NCBI GenBank assembly: GCA_002633005.1
Contig: NMRA01000148.1
Coordinates: 620,001 to 684,000, forward strand
Reading direction: 5' to 3'
Origin: Phoronis australis
Taxonomy: Eukaryota; Animalia; Phoronida
Length of the DNA stretch: 64,000 nucleotides
Shown here: positions 63,600-64,000 of the stretch, in pieces
Layout of the letters: every line of letters starts with the position of its first letter
Numbering within the stretch: position 1 is the first letter of the stretch
Made by a program: the position numbers and the translations under genes
The notes under the pieces: model-generated
What the model saw: the letters and a program-made list of their open reading frames with translations, nothing else
Database searches by the model: none
Told to the model about the DNA's origin: nothing

Positions 63600-63990
63600 G
63601 GCTGTAATGAACTTTTACGCGGGGCGTAATTGATAGCTCATTGTGCACGTTTTGCTTAGATGAAAACGAATCTATTGTCCATGTGTACTGGTCATGTAAC
63701 GTTACTCAACAGTTTTTGACTAATGTTAATAACTGGCTCGTAGATACTGTTGGACATAGTTTAGAGCTGCCCTTACAATCAGTTCTGTTTGGTGTTCAAG
63801 TTAAAGCGGTTTTACAAAGTATGGTTATTTGCCTCGGCAAGTACAACATTTATAAACAAACATTGAAGAGTAAAAACCCCTGCCTTGCACTGTTTAAAGA
63901 GGAAGCTGCATTGTACATTTCCACTGAATGGTATATATGCATAAAAAAGGAAGCACGCTGAATTTATTAACGCTGGCAAGGTATTGATCT
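63600..63990 (+). mobile_element. L1/Tx1 LINE 3' end (zf-RVT)
   Basis: ORF 63641..63961 CTFCLDENESIVHVYWSC...LGKYNIYK; homologous to the deleted remnant at 44672-44860. Confidence 0.75.
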
Positions 63991-64000
63991 TTTTTGTTTA

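Larger units (their letters stand above)
53740..64000. repeat. Tandem segmental duplication of about 37030-44860 (second copy; continues past the window end)
   Basis: Collinear homologous blocks: 37030-37340~53740-53900; 37370-38900~56885-58660; 39001-41067~58720-60538; 43610-43700~60550-60657; 44248-44670~60715-61142; 44672-44860~63720-64000. Confidence 0.85.

Overview
AT-rich eukaryotic (metazoan, probably marine invertebrate) genomic DNA with GT-AG introns and two assembly gaps. I reconstructed three spliced protein-coding genes by hand. (1) Syntaxin-16 on the minus strand: 8 coding exons, 14365->4933, 310 aa. (2) A VAP (VAPA/VAPB) orthologue on the plus strand: 7 coding exons, 14928->31679, 269 aa, head-to-head with STX16 across about 560 bp. 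(3) A giant GRL101/LGR-type rhodopsin-class GPCR on the minus strand: 3 exons, 47997->39001, about 1972 aa. Its ectodomain is signal peptide, ~4 CUB-like domains, 2 C-type lectin domains, ~7 LDLa repeats and LRRs, followed by the 7TM. A tandem segmental duplication (offset about 17-20 kb, running off the window end) carries a pseudogenised, internally deleted copy of this receptor. The rest is introns and intergenic DNA full of MITEs, a deleted piggyBac, Helentron/DINE-1-like elements, L1/Tx1 LINE debris, tRNA-derived SINE heads and minisatellites. One minisatellite is built from the VAP exon-3 splice acceptor. The most notable item is the CUB-lectin-LDLa-LRR-7TM receptor. All domain and family calls are by-eye motif recognition; no searches were run.
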